The notes below the pieces were generated by a model, which saw only the letters and a program-made list of their open reading frames with translations, was not told where the DNA came from and made no database searches. A stretch of DNA of 64,000 nucleotides from Octopus vulgaris (lineage: Eukaryota), in assembly GCA_951406725.2 (NCBI GenBank), contig OX597832.1, positions 53,816,001 through 53,880,000 on the forward strand, in the 5' to 3' direction. The number at the start of each line of letters is the position of its first letter. Positions within the stretch are counted from its first letter, which is position 1. Made by a program: the position numbers and the translations under genes. Below, one piece after another: positions 27,006 through 39,136 of the stretch.

Positions 27006-28171
27006 ATATATTATAATAGAGGCTCCGACCCCATCAACACTGGCGGCAGCAACAACAATAACAGTAATGCCAGCACCTGCAGCACAGGAAACACGCGCAG
27101 GGATGAAAAACATCAATAGAGGAGCAAGAAACGAGGTGGGGAGTCTTAGAATGTGCTAGAAACAACAGCCAGATGTCTCTTAAATCACACATTTTCCTCT
27201 GGAATTATTACCAATGTTTTTAAAACCGAAAATGTTTCTCTCGTGGGTTTTAAGTGCGTAGTGAAAAAAACAAACAAACAAAAAACGTCCCAAATCCGTC
27301 CGGACTGGGGTGGTAAGAGTGAAAAAAAAATCATAAATTTTCAAATTTTTTTACTTTGTTCGTGAAAATATGCTTCTCATCATTCCAAAGACTGCACTGA
27401 AAAATAATTAGGAAAATCCGTCAAAACGGAGAAATTCTGACCTATGTGGGCCGTCTGATCCGAAACTCCGCCCCCACGTACCGTTCCAAAAAACTTTGCC
27501 TACTAATTTTTTTGTAATCGTAATCTACACCGTTTGAAGTGTTGCTGTATAAAATTTCATTAAAAATACCCATTTTCCTGAGAGTTATGAGGGGGAGGGG
27601 ATATCGGGTCGAGTGAATTTTCCGAAACACCTCTCCCCGATTTCTCGGAAAACTTTTTCCAACAAGTTCTTACATACACTTAATCAACAGGATTTAAGTA
27701 TTTGTTGAACATTTCATTTTAAAGTTATGGAAATGGCTACGGAGATTCCAGAAAAATTCCCAAAATCGGCATTTAAACATTTTCCCCTCTCTACCCCGCA
27801 AATGTGTCCATTATCGCACTTTTCGGTGTTGTAACCTGTTGTTAAATGTAATTAACGTAATTAACGAAGTCATAGAAGGGCAGAGACTAAGTACTCATTA
27901 ATAGACTTAATCTTCGCTCGTTAATTTTCTTTTTACTAAAATGGGGGCGGGACGGGCGGAGGTCTTTCGAGTTATATTGATAGAACAGTTGGAATTCGTT
28001 AAAAGTGATGTCCATTATTAGGTTTCTAATTACAAAAGTTAATTAAAAATAAAGAATTCCATCGATGGAGATGGGTTGTTCCAATATTATACAACACCAT
28101 TATTAGCTTGCTTTTATTGAAATAACAGTTATATTAAGTTTGGCGGCGTAATAAAGATCCTAACCCTAATC

Positions 28172-28568
28172 GGATCTTTTCGGTTTGAACAGCAGTTTTT
28201 TCTAGCGGTGTCATATGAAATTGTCACCCATAATTATGACCCTAGTATCAATCTTGTATTTCAATGTTTTATGGGTGGGGGGAGGGTATCTTTTTTTTCT
28301 TCAAAAATGTAAATAAACCCAATCTGTTTCTTAAACGAGGGTCATATTCATACGGCACGGAATGTTTTTTTTTTACCTCAATAGACGTCAGTGATTGGTT
28401 GAAATTGAAGAAAAAAAACAACAAATGTCTTACAAACTATAGAATTTTTTCAATAGAGGCAAGAGAAAAAGATGTTTTATAAACACATTCTACCAGTATA
28501 CGAAGTTTAAAAGTGTTTAGTTACGTGGAAATTATTTTAAAAAACTGCCGGTCAAACCGAAAAGATCC
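28172..28568. mobile_element. Merlin-type MITE, family ggatcttttcgg
   Basis: Family TIRs with the 8-bp TSD ccctaatc. Confidence 0.88.
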
Positions 28569-28882
28569 CCCCTAATCCTCTCTGGTGTCACCTGGAAGAT
28601 GATAAGGCGTGGTGTCCGCTGGCGGAGGAATTCTTCCCGAGACCGGCCTCTTTGCAGAGATTTAAACCCAAACACCGGTTGTACGTCTTCTTTACTTTCG
28701 CCTTAAAATGTTATAGAAAGTTAGGAAAAGTAACAAACCGTGTCCATTATCGAATATCTGAAATACACGTACCTGTTGGTGTTGCGGGTCGTTGTTAAAT
28801 GCAATTAACGAAGTGACAGAAGGGCAGGGCGTACCTTCGATTCTAATTCGACAAAACCAAAACAAAAGGTTCGACTGTTTCC

Positions 28883-29168
28883 GTGACAACTCGACAATTC
28901 ACTTCGGATATCTCCGTGACAGCTGCTAAAATGGGTGGAGGAGAAGAAAGCTAAAGGGGTGTGTGTGTGCGTGCTTGTTCTTATCTGTGTGTGTGCGTGC
29001 CTCTGTGTATGTGTGCTTGTTCTTGTCTGTGTCACGCCCACACACAGACAAGAAGCACGCGCACACACATACAAGAACAAGCACGCACACACGACCCTTT
29101 AGCTTTCTGCTCCTCCACCCCTTTCAGCAACTGTCACGAAGATATCCGAAGTTTTCTAAGTTTGTCAC
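28883..29168. repeat. Imperfect foldback hairpin at the centre of the large palindrome
   Basis: gtgacaa..cttcggatatct..gtgacag..gggtggaggag..gaaagctaaaggg..gtgcttgttctt is mirrored about ~29035. Confidence 0.85.
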
Positions 29169-29779
29169 TTTGAAACGGGCGAAGATCAAGTCTATTTATA
29201 AGTACTTAGTCTCTGCCCTTCAATGACTTCGTTAATACCATTTAACAACAGGTTATAACACCAACACGTACGTGTATTTCAGGTATTCGATAATGGGCAC
29301 ATTTGCGGGGTAGAGAGGGGAAAATTTTTAAATGCCGATTTTGGGAATTTTTCTGGAATCTCCGTAGCCACTTCCAGACTTCATTTCCATAACTTTGAAC
29401 TGAAATGTTCAACAAATACTTAAATCCTGTTGATTAAGTGTATGTAAGGACTTGTTGGAAAAAGTTTTCCGAGAAATTGGGGAGAGGTGTTTCGGAAAAT
29501 TCACTCGACCCGATATTCCCCCCCGCCCTCATAACTCTCAGGAAAATGGGTATTTTTAATGAAATTTTATGCAGCAACCCTTCAAACGGTGTAGATTACG
29601 ATTACAAAGAAATTAGTTGGCCAAGTTTTTTTGGAACGGTACGTGGGGCGGAGTTTCGGTTCAGACGGCCCACATAACATAGGTCAGAATTTCTCCGTTT
29701 TGACGGATTTTTCTCATTTTGTTTTTCAGTACAGTCTTCGGAATGATAGGAGGCATCCTTTTGCGAACAAAGAAAAAAA

Positions 29780-29951
29780 GGCGATCCTTCGGTATAGGTA
29801 CCGGAAGTGGTTTTCTTTCCATTTCTGAAGATAACAGAAACCTTTTTCTCCCACCCCTAACACTAACACAAACCCTAATCCTAACCCCCCATATATAGAA
29901 AAAAAACCCACTTTCTTGAAATGTATCCGGTACCTATACCGAAGTTACGCC
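29780..29951. mobile_element. Small Merlin-type MITE with internal CCCTAA-like repeats
   Basis: TIR ggcg..cttcggtataggtaccgga, 8-bp TSD gaaaaaaa. It is absent from the mirror position (~27350). Confidence 0.8.
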
Positions 29952-30444
29952 GAAAAAAATTTTGAAAATTTATACTTTTTTTTTCACTCTTACCACCTCG
30001 GTCCGAACCGATTTTGGACGTTTTTTCTGTTTGTTTTTTCACTGCACACTTAAAACCCATGAGAGAAACATTTTCGGGTTTAAAAAATTTGGTAATAATT
30101 CCAGAGAAAAATGTGTGATTTAAGGGACATCTGACCGTTGCTTCTAGCACATCCCAAGACTTCCCACTGCGTTTCTTCCCCGCCCTCTCACATTTATTAA
30201 TGGTTTTCAATATTTTTCTCCCCATAAACACATTTTATGGAATGATAATGCCAAAGTAATGCATGCTTAGTCCATTGTTGGGTGGGTTAGGTTCGAATAA
30301 TTCACATACTTCGATGTGTCTTCCTGAAAAATGGATATTTTAAAATTAAATTTTCTAGAAAACATTCCAAATTGTGTAGGTTATGATAATGTCAGAATTT
30401 AATGCAATATATATATATGATATATCGCTAGCTACTACACATTT

Positions 30445-30730
30445 TTAAAACTAATACATCTGTTTGTTGTCTACACCACCTCTTTTCGTCTTTTGTTTTT
30501 TTGTGAATTCTTCCCCTATACATACATATATATATATATATAGGGAGAGTTCACGAAAAAAACAAAAGATGAAGACAGGTGGTGTACAAAGTAAACAGAT
30601 GTATTAGTATAACGCTCAGGAATAGAAAAAGTCTTTTACGTTTCAAGCCTACGCTCTTCTACAGAAAGGAACACAGAAAAAACAAGGAGAGAAAAAAATG
30701 TGTATAGTGGCTAACGATCTATCATGGCGA
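30445..30730 (-). mobile_element. Short Penelope-like pLTR derivative with a partial inverted copy and hammerhead motif (relative at 54105-54285)
   Basis: 30455-30520 is inverted against 30540-30607. The minus strand of 30633-30668 reads CUUU-CUGUAGA-A-GAGC guag GCUU-GAAACGUA-AAAG. Confidence 0.6.
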
Positions 30731-30769
30731 CATATATATATATATTATATATATATATATATATATATT

Positions 30770-30840
<71 letters not shown>

Positions 30841-31595
30841 GTGTGTGTGTAGTGGATCTTGCATGCATGAAGTGGATTCGATCCACCATATCCAAATTTA
30901 AATCAACACTGCAACAGAACTTTTCCCACGGTGGAACAATGGTTTTTCTGTGACAGCAGTTTTACATTTTCCAGATGCCTTTAGCTAGGCCAAAATAATG
31001 TCTTCACCACTTGACCCTTTCTAACCTCTTCTACTTCACCAAAAGCTAGAACAGAGATAACAAGACCACCAACTAAATCTATTGTTCTCAATGATTTGTC
31101 TATCCTTCTGGGTGGTCATCAAAGCAAGAATACCCCAAGCAAAAATCAGTTAGTCACAGTCGGTGATAACTCAATGAAGTCTGGCTGACCAGCTAGAACC
31201 TTGGTCAGAGGGAGAAATGAAGTTCACTGACAGCAACTGTGAGACAACGTCCCACACCTTACAATTCTTACTTGCTCTAATTCTGTTCTCTTACAACATC
31301 ATTCTATCTCTCTCTGTAATTACTACTAAACAATGAAGAGGATGCAAACACAAGCATTACTTTGCATGCTTTTGGATTTATCATAACCTGCCCGTCAAGG
31401 CAAGGTATTTGTAACGTGACGGTAAATAAATACTTTCCTAAAACTTCATGTGTTGTTTATCTTTCACATCTTACAACTTGCCATCCTACAGAATGCATTT
31501 ATAACAGCAAATTTTTATCGTCACAACTGCTGACTCCACACACTTCATAATAATGCCTACCCATCAATATCTCCTGCAACATATATATATATATA

Positions 31596-31976
31596 CTCTT
31601 TTACTTGTTTCAGTCATTTGACTGCGGCCATGCTGGAGCACCGCTGTTAATCGAGCAACTTGACCACGGGACTTATTCTTTGTAAGCCCAGTACTTATTC
31701 TATTGGTCTCTTTTGCCGAACTGCTAAGTGACAGGGACATAAACACACCAGCATCGGTTGTCAAGCAATGCTAGGGGGACAAACACAGACATACACGCAC
31801 ACACATATATACATATATACGACGGGCTTTTTTCAGTTTCCGTCTACCAAATCCACTTACAAGGCTTTGGTCGGCCCGAGGCTATAGTAGAAGACACTTG
31901 CCCAAGGTGCCACACAGTAGGACTGAACCCGGAACCATGTGGTTGGTAAACAAGCTACTTACAATGCAGCCACTCC
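31596..31976 (-). mobile_element. SINE family B (tRNA head with CORE-like accttgggcaagt)
   Basis: Matches copies at 52030-52430 (-), 55498-55860 (-) and 62998-63390 (+). Confidence 0.8.
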
Positions 31977-32228
31977 AATTATAATTAAGGGTTTCTAAAA
32001 GATACCACCATGCTAGATAAACCAGCTAAATGTTCATACAGCACCAGGAAAGAAGACAAAGAGACAAAATAAACTAGCAAAAAAATTATTAGATAATTCC
32101 AGATCTTTTTGCTAGTTTATTCACCAACAGCCCCGAATACTGATGGAGTTCAGGGCTGTTGGTGGTGGTGTCGATTATATTTTCATCCCTGCACGTGTTT
32201 CCTGTGCTGCAGTCATTGCTGCTGGTGC

Positions 32229-32621
32229 TTGTTTGTTTGTTTGTTTGTTGAGCGAAGCGGTCTTCGTTCCAGAGCTCGCAAGCTGTAGTGGGAGAAGTCC
32301 GAAACGTGGTCCTTTGCTATTCGTAAGACACACAGAAGAGAAAGCAGGGCAAACCCCGACACCGAGAGCATCGACGGATGGCTGAATGCGCATCCAGGCT
32401 CAACGGTTGCATAGGGAGTCAGGGACAAGAAACAGGAAGAAAGAGTGAGAGAAAGTTGGAGCGAAAGAGTACAACAGGGGTCGCCACCACCCCCTGCCGG
32501 AGCCTCGTGGAGCTTTAGGTGTTTTTGCTCAATAAACACACACAACGCTCGGTCTGGGAATCGAAACCGTGATCCTCCGACTGCGAGTCCGCTGCCCTAA
32601 CCATTGGGCCATTGCGCCTCC
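32229..32621 (-). mobile_element. tRNA-derived SINE (family C) with (CAAA)n tail and ~14-bp TSD
   Basis: Head ggaggcgcaatggcccaatggttagggc...ggtttcgattcc. Flanks are ttgctgc(t/a)ggtgct. Confidence 0.8.
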
Positions 32622-32869
32622 ACTTGCTGCAGGTGCTGGTGTTATTGTTATCGTTGTCGCTGACGCCAGTATTGATGTTCTTGATGGGGTCGGGGCTGCT
32701 TGTATTGTTGGACCAGGGGTTGCTGGAGCTGGCAACGGTGGAGGAGATGGTGGTGACGACGGTAGTGCTATTGCCACTGCTGGTAATGGCAGGTAATTAA
32801 GGAATAGTCTATCTACATGTGTTATTGTTTTGAGGGAGTAAGGGTGGGGGCAAAGCAAACAAGAGACAC

Positions 32870-33410
32870 ACTGACATCACACGCCCACAGAAATGCATGG
32901 TATGCACTGGGAATTCTCTCAAACAGCATCTTACCAATCATTTGTCCTCCTTTAGAGTCTCGGAAAGGAGAGACATGACATTGCTGGCTAGACATATCTG
33001 GCAATTAAGAGATGAAGGGATACCATACTCGATCGCATGGAATGAAGCATTGCCAAACACATGTATCCTGAACTCCAGGACAGAGATATTCAGGCCATGC
33101 TTGCATTTTAGAAGATTCCTGTTGGCATTTTGGAATCCACAAGCCAATACAGCCGGAAGCCAATAGCCAAGGCCACAGAGAAACAGTCATTTACCTTCAA
33201 GGCCCTTTGGTGACCGCTAGGTGGCAGCACAGCTAAACCTCGATGATCAATGGCAAAGAGAGATAATCACCTCGTGTTTACTTTTATAGAGAGACATTTA
33301 CCCCTCCTTATTTTGAAGAGGTCTTAAGCCAGCAGTGTTTGGGGTATGAAGATATGCCGCCTTATGAGCAAGAAACCCAGTGTAACCCCATAAACCGGCC
33401 TCTATTATAA
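32870..33410 (+). mobile_element. Penelope-like element 3' fragment (GIY-YIG C-terminus plus pLTR)
   Basis: Peptide TGNSLKQHLTNHLSSFR...TLLARHIWQLRDEGIPYSIAW...ILNSRTEIFRPCLHFRRFLL fits the Neptune-type PLE endonuclease. A hammerhead-like motif lies at 33341-33389. Confidence 0.75.
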
Positions 33411-33579
33411 TATATATATATATATATATATATTGAGGAGAGGTAGGCTAATCTACACTCTTCGACTTTGTCTCCTCACACATTTTGATAAGTGATGAGT
33501 TGCCTCCCTTGCTCCTTTTCTCTACAAATTCCAATATAACCATAATCAACTAGGTCTGAAACGTACTCATTGAAAATCT

Positions 33580-33629
<50 letters not shown>

Positions 33630-33700
33630 GTGACCGCGTGTGTACTGTTGGCGATTTTTTTCCCTCTGTCTTCCCTTCTCTGGATCATTCCTTTTCTTAT

Positions 33701-33735
33701 GTTTCTGACGAAGAGCTCCGCTCGAAACGTAAGAC
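33701..33735 (+). ncRNA. Minimal type-I hammerhead ribozyme motif with an intact core
   Basis: GUUU-CUGACGA-A-GAGC ucc GCUC-GAAACGUA-AGAC has the CUGANGA and GAAA boxes, a palindromic ACGU helix III and a GUA site. Confidence 0.65.
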
Positions 33736-33990
33736 CCTCCTTCTTCCCTTCCTTCCTGAGCGTCCAATTATACTATATTTGTTCCACGTCCTCGCATTGT
33801 TGTGTTTTCATGCTTGGATTAACTATATATATATCGTGTACATTTTATATGAATAATATATAGTCTATTGACTACATTTTTTTGCACTAGACCACTGGTA
33901 GTAAAAATTTCTATAATTCTAATTACCCTAATATTATATGTATATATATATATATATACACACACATACATATACATACATATACACACA

Positions 33991-34033
<43 letters not shown>

Positions 34034-36091
34034 TATATTATATTATATTCCAAACATTTATGAAGAAACAAATTCTATGGAGACACACGCATTTGTAATT
34101 ATGACATATTTTCTATCAAGTGATGTTAGTAGTTTCTCAGATTGCCTGAGAACTTGAAAATGATGAGACAAGTGTTTAAAATTCCTTGAGTATCGTTGAC
34201 TAAATCACTTTGTCACTTGATTGCTTTCTTTAACTCAAAGAAAAAAAGAAAAGAAAATCCCAAGAACTATTGATATAAGTTTCAAAGAATTCTCTCCTTG
34301 TTTCTAACTTCCTGACCCAAACAATATAAAAACTGGATAAAGAGTCATTAAGAACCCTATTTATTTTGGTATCTTTAAAGAATAATGAAATAAAAGGTTT
34401 TTCATGAAACGTGAATACATATTTTACAAGTTTAACACTTTGTCATTTAAACCAACATTATCCAACCAAAATATTCTACCTGATTTATGTTCAAAGTGGC
34501 CTCTCACACCTACCCTACAATGTCATTCTAAAAATAAATGCCCACATCTTCAATTTCTTGAAGGCACAAGATAATTCATGATTAATCCAAGACAATGTAA
34601 ATAAATAAGCCCTAGATTTAACACAATAATCTGAATGTTAAAGGGTTACCTCACTTAACTACAATAATTCTTTAATTGGTTTCAGCTCAGAGCTGCAGCC
34701 ATGCTGGGGCACTGCTGCTTTCAGTTACCCACTTTCTTTAACCAGATCTTTTTCGAGACATTCTGTCTTTGATACAATGTTACCACATTACTAGACCACC
34801 CACACTAACCCCTTACTTTATCTCTCTACTCCTACAGCAGTTCTTGTGTACCATTACCGCTGTGTATTATTCATTAAGCTAAACTGGAATATTGCTCCAT
34901 CTAGCCTGCCATTCCTGGTAGAGCCATGGGAATAGAATCCCCAGGCACCTCCTCCATTACATACTATAAGAAGCAACCATCATTAGATATTTCTGGCTGA
35001 GTTCCCAAGCACAACTAAGACTATGGATATTATCCTATTCCTGCTGGTTGTGGGGAGTAGATTCTTCAGGAAACTCCTTCTTTCCACTTTCTGGATGGAT
35101 TCTCAAGTGTGGCTGATTATAACTATGAATTTTATCCAACCATTTCACTTTTGCTCTACCTCTAAGTTTCCTGTCAGCTGGCTCAGCTTGGCTTGAAGAA
35201 TTTGTCGTGCAATTTTTCTTCTCTGACATTCTAATCACACATCTGTAGCCTCAAAGCTGTGATCTGTTGATGTAGAGAAGTAGTGGCTCAACCTGAAGAG
35301 ACTCCCTTGATCTCTGAGTTATGCAATGTGTTGAGTAAGGAATATCATTTTGTAAATAAACTCCATGTCTCTAAAGACCATACCTTAAACTATAAAATAT
35401 ATCACAACTATGTAATAAACAGAATTAGCATTAATACAAGCCTCCACTTCACAAAACTAAACCTTCCCACCGATATATCCAGACTACCACGTATCACTTG
35501 TCTATTTTATCTATTGCTACCCATTACGATGGCTGTATATCATTTACAGAATCTTTTAAATTGTTTTATTTTCTTAGTTTCTGATAACAATCTCTCATTA
35601 AAAAAAAAAAAAATCAGAGATTGTTCCTTTTTTTGAAACTGGCTCTTGAAACAGATATAAAGCTATAAATAATAGCAAGTAAATACAGGATTGAAAAGTT
35701 ATTTTGGATGGAAAATATTGAAGGCAGCCTCTGTCTTTTGCTATCCATGATTTTTTTCAACCAAATACTTATGTGCTGTTATTTATAGATTTATGTGTGC
35801 TTTGAGAGCCAATTCCAAAAAGGAATTTATTCATGTCCTCTCATAAGTTTATAAATTCTTTTGACATCAACATAAAAACTGAACATTTTCACCAGTGATG
35901 GTGACCAAATAAAAATGAACAAACTCATACATAGCTTTCAATGTATTTTAAAAACTTTTTATTTGGTATTCCCAATAAAGTTTTTGAATAATTTCAATCA
36001 AATCTACTTTGTTAAAATTATAACACCCTATAATGTTGTAAGGTTTATCATTTTACCATTTCTTGATAGGGTGATGGGAAGGGAAATGTTT

Positions 36092-37249
36092 TTAAGCTGC
36101 TGGGTTTGTTACCTTGCCGATGAAATAAATCAATTCAGTTCTTCTGTCAGCAATTAAAAATATGAACGGGTGATTAACATCAAATTTCGTTCCAGTCTGG
36201 GCTGATACTGGATCAATTACCACTTCTCCGCTTGCGGCATGAGCATCTGTTCCTTTTTCATTTACATCAATAAATGTTTTATGAAAGAATTTACTCACAT
36301 ACAAATCCTTCTCACTACTTATTCCTGATAAATTGGCTTTGCTGGCATCAAAAATATCAGAAAGACCAAGTTTTTGTAAAGTATCAGATAACTCGAAAGC
36401 ACTTTGAAAATGAAACTTTGGTAAATATAACTCCAGAGATAATTGTTCAAAGCCTTTTCTCTCTTTAATTTCTTTGAGAAATTGTGCATTAATTTCCTTC
36501 TCTAAAGCAGCAAGACCATCCATTTTATTAGGAAGAATTACAAACATACTAAATTTCACTCCCATGTAAGGTAACTCTACAGCTTTATAGTTCTGGCTTA
36601 TTTTGGTATTAAAATCTTCAGATATAAACATAGAATCACAAGATACAGTCTTGCCAGAACTTAGATGAAACTCTCTAGATGATGTTACTCTTTCTGGGAA
36701 TCTTGCAGCCCACATTCCTTCAAAGTGCATGGCATTAACGAGAAGTAACACTGTATCAGAGGACAAACTTTTACTTGGTAACAGATCTGTGATTTTGTTA
36801 TAAGTCTCATTCTTCACCCACTTATTAATATCAATTCTTATTCTTTCAGCATTTTTAAAGAAATCTACATTTTTAACATCCGTGAAAAAATATTCTGAAA
36901 TCTTGTGCTTATAGCTTTCTGAAATAGGGAATTTATCCTCAACATACAAACGATTCACCGATTTACTCATGTGAGCTTCATTTGAATTCTTCTGAACCGA
37001 AAAATATTTTTTATAAGCCAAAGCTAAATCATTTGGTGTTGAAGTTACATTCAAAACATTCTTCAACTGCTCAGCTGAGTTTTGTTTTGCTCCCAAATAA
37101 ACCATTGATAAAATGGTAGCAACACTGAAGGGGGACATGAAGACATTTTCATTGGTTCCTATGACCATTTCTTGAAAAAGGCTGGATGTAAAATGATCAA
37201 CTGATGCAGCCAGGTTTTTAATCTCTTGGTGCTGGTTGGATGAGTTCAT
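36092..37249 (-). CDS. Intracellular serpin, divergent paralogue with an atypical hinge/RCL
   Basis: 385-aa frame from ATG 37249 (MNSSNQHQ) with NVFMSPFSV, INKWVKNETYNKI, LLVNAMHFEGMW, LPKFHF, DVNEKGTDAHAASG and FDVNHPFIFLI. Acceptor tttttatag| lies just upstream. Confidence 0.93.
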   Translation of the reverse strand: MNSSNQHQEIKNLAASVDHFTSSLFQEMVIGTNENVFMSPFSVATILSMVYLGAKQNSAEQLKNVLNVTSTPNDLALAYKKYFSVQKNSNEAHMSKSVNRLYVEDKFPISESYKHKISEYFFTDVKNVDFFKNAERIRIDINKWVKNETYNKITDLLPSKSLSSDTVLLLVNAMHFEGMWAARFPERVTSSREFHLSSGKTVSCDSMFISEDFNTKISQNYKAVELPYMGVKFSMFVILPNKMDGLAALEKEINAQFLKEIKERKGFEQLSLELYLPKFHFQSAFELSDTLQKLGLSDIFDASKANLSGISSEKDLYVSKFFHKTFIDVNEKGTDAHAASGEVVIDPVSAQTGTKFDVNHPFIFLIADRRTELIYFIGKVTNPAA

Positions 37250-37558
37250 CTTCTTGCTATTAATTTCTATAAAAATTAAAAAGTGCAATTTAGTTTATTT
37301 AAGAATTCCACAAGCACAAAATAATTTCAGACCAAATTAATAGTGAACACCAAAAACTTATTCATTAATTCCATAATCGATTTAATTGTATTCTCACTCC
37401 AAAATTATCACCTTCAAGCAGCTTCATAAATATTTCCAAAGCAATATTTAGATCAGCAATTACAATAGAAGTATTAAGTTAAAGAGTTAATGAGCTCAAT
37501 TTGACCTTGGCACATATTTAGATGGAAGGAAGTCCCAAAAATAAGACAACAATATTTC

Positions 37559-38047
37559 AACATATGTTTCGAAGACAACATGGTTTCATTCCAAAGGAAT
37601 AAAGGGTGTAAGATGCAATCTTCTCATCAGGAAAGAAAGGGAGCCTCTCTCGACAACAAGACAAACCAAAATTTCGATGACCGCCTACATGGTAAACAAA
37701 ATGATAATAAGTGTTTTTAAAAAACCGTTAGAAGAATTGACGCCAAAGTTAGATAGTAGGAAGAGAAGGGTTAAAGGAATGATAGATAGGGAACCAGTGG
37801 ATTAAGAATGTTCCCTACCTATCATTCCTTTAACCCTTCTCTTCCTACTATCTAACTTTGACGTCAATTCTTCTAACGGTTTTTTAAAAACACTTATTAT
37901 CGTTTTGTTTACCATGTAGGCGGTCATCAAAATTTTTGTTTGTCTTGTTGTCGAGAGAGGCTCCCTTTCTTTCCTGATGAGAAGATTGCATCTTACACCC
38001 TTTATTCCTTTGGAATGAAACCATGTTGTCTTCAAAACATATGTCGA
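37559..38047. repeat. Long hairpin with ~235-bp inverted arms and a ~15-nt spacer
   Basis: 37559-37794 is the reverse complement of ~37810-38047 with few mismatches. Confidence 0.9.
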
Positions 38048-38097
38048 GAGTAAAGGAATTTTGTTAACATCTTCGTTCGACTCCATTCTTTCATTTA

Positions 38098-38099
<2 letters not shown>

Positions 38100-38170
<71 letters not shown>

Positions 38171-38342
38171 GTATGTATATATATATACATATACACATAT
38201 ATATACATACGTACATACATATATACATACATACATACATACATATATATATATATATGAATACATACATACATACATACATATATATATATATATGAAT
38301 ACATACATAGATACATATATATATATATATATGAATACATAC

Positions 38343-38382
<40 letters not shown>
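38100..38382. repeat. (TA)n/(TACA)n microsatellite
   Basis: Directly visible. Confidence 0.95.
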
Positions 38383-38386
<4 letters not shown>

Positions 38387-39136
38387 AAGAGTGGGGAGAA
38401 CACTGGCTCACTGGCTCATATAGTGGGAAAGATAGAGGTAGTGACATTAGCTTTTATATATATGTATACGTAAAAAAAAAGAGAGAGAGAGAGTAAAGTA
38501 TGTCACTGGTAGAAATAGCAATAATTAAGGTCAGGAGGGAGACCTAGTTGTCAGTGTGCCAATGTGAGATCAGTAAAATGAAGCCTTTCTGTCTCGTCTG
38601 ATTATCATTTTACTCACTATCTCCCTATCTATTACACTTACTTTCTCTGTGGTTACCTTACTTGTTCACAAACGCTATTGTACTTTAGAAGTCTTTGACC
38701 TCGAAAATACGATAATCCTTTCTGTTATAGGCACAAGGCCAGAAAATTTTTTTAGGGGAGTGAGGTGCTAGTTGATTACATTGATCCCCAGTGTTCAACT
38801 GGTACTCATTTCGTTGACTCTGAAAGAATGAAAGGCAATGTTAGCTTCAGTGGAATTTGAAATCAGAACGTAACGGCAGATGAAATGTTTTTAGGCATTT
38901 TGTCAGGTGTGTTAAGAATTTTGCCAGCTTACTGCTTTATTCTAAAGAACAGTAATGGAATGTTGATTGTCTGTTTCACTTTGTCAGCTTCAGATTCATT
39001 TAGAACAAGACTTTCAGTCTGTGTATATCACAAGCCAAATCTGTTGATTTTATAAACAGAGACCTTCAAGGCCACCCTTCAATGGGGCCATACCAATCAT
39101 GTCTCTTTTAACAGAAAAAAAAAAAAAAATTCAAGC

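Larger units (their letters stand above)
19732..27922 (+). repeat. Left arm of a large inverted duplication
   Basis: Reverse-complement matches seen by eye: 19732-20330 vs 43880-44471; 20415-21420 vs 42530-43620; 22405-25850 vs 34090-37562; 26705-26841 vs 33432-33580; 27020-27118 vs 32170-32700; 27125-27922 vs 29173-30180. Confidence 0.9.

Noticed and set aside
32545-32621. tRNA gene (likewise SINE heads at 3472, 41351, 42007 and 62998)
   Set aside because: Box A/B are present but run into SINE bodies and tails, and no full cloverleaf is evident.
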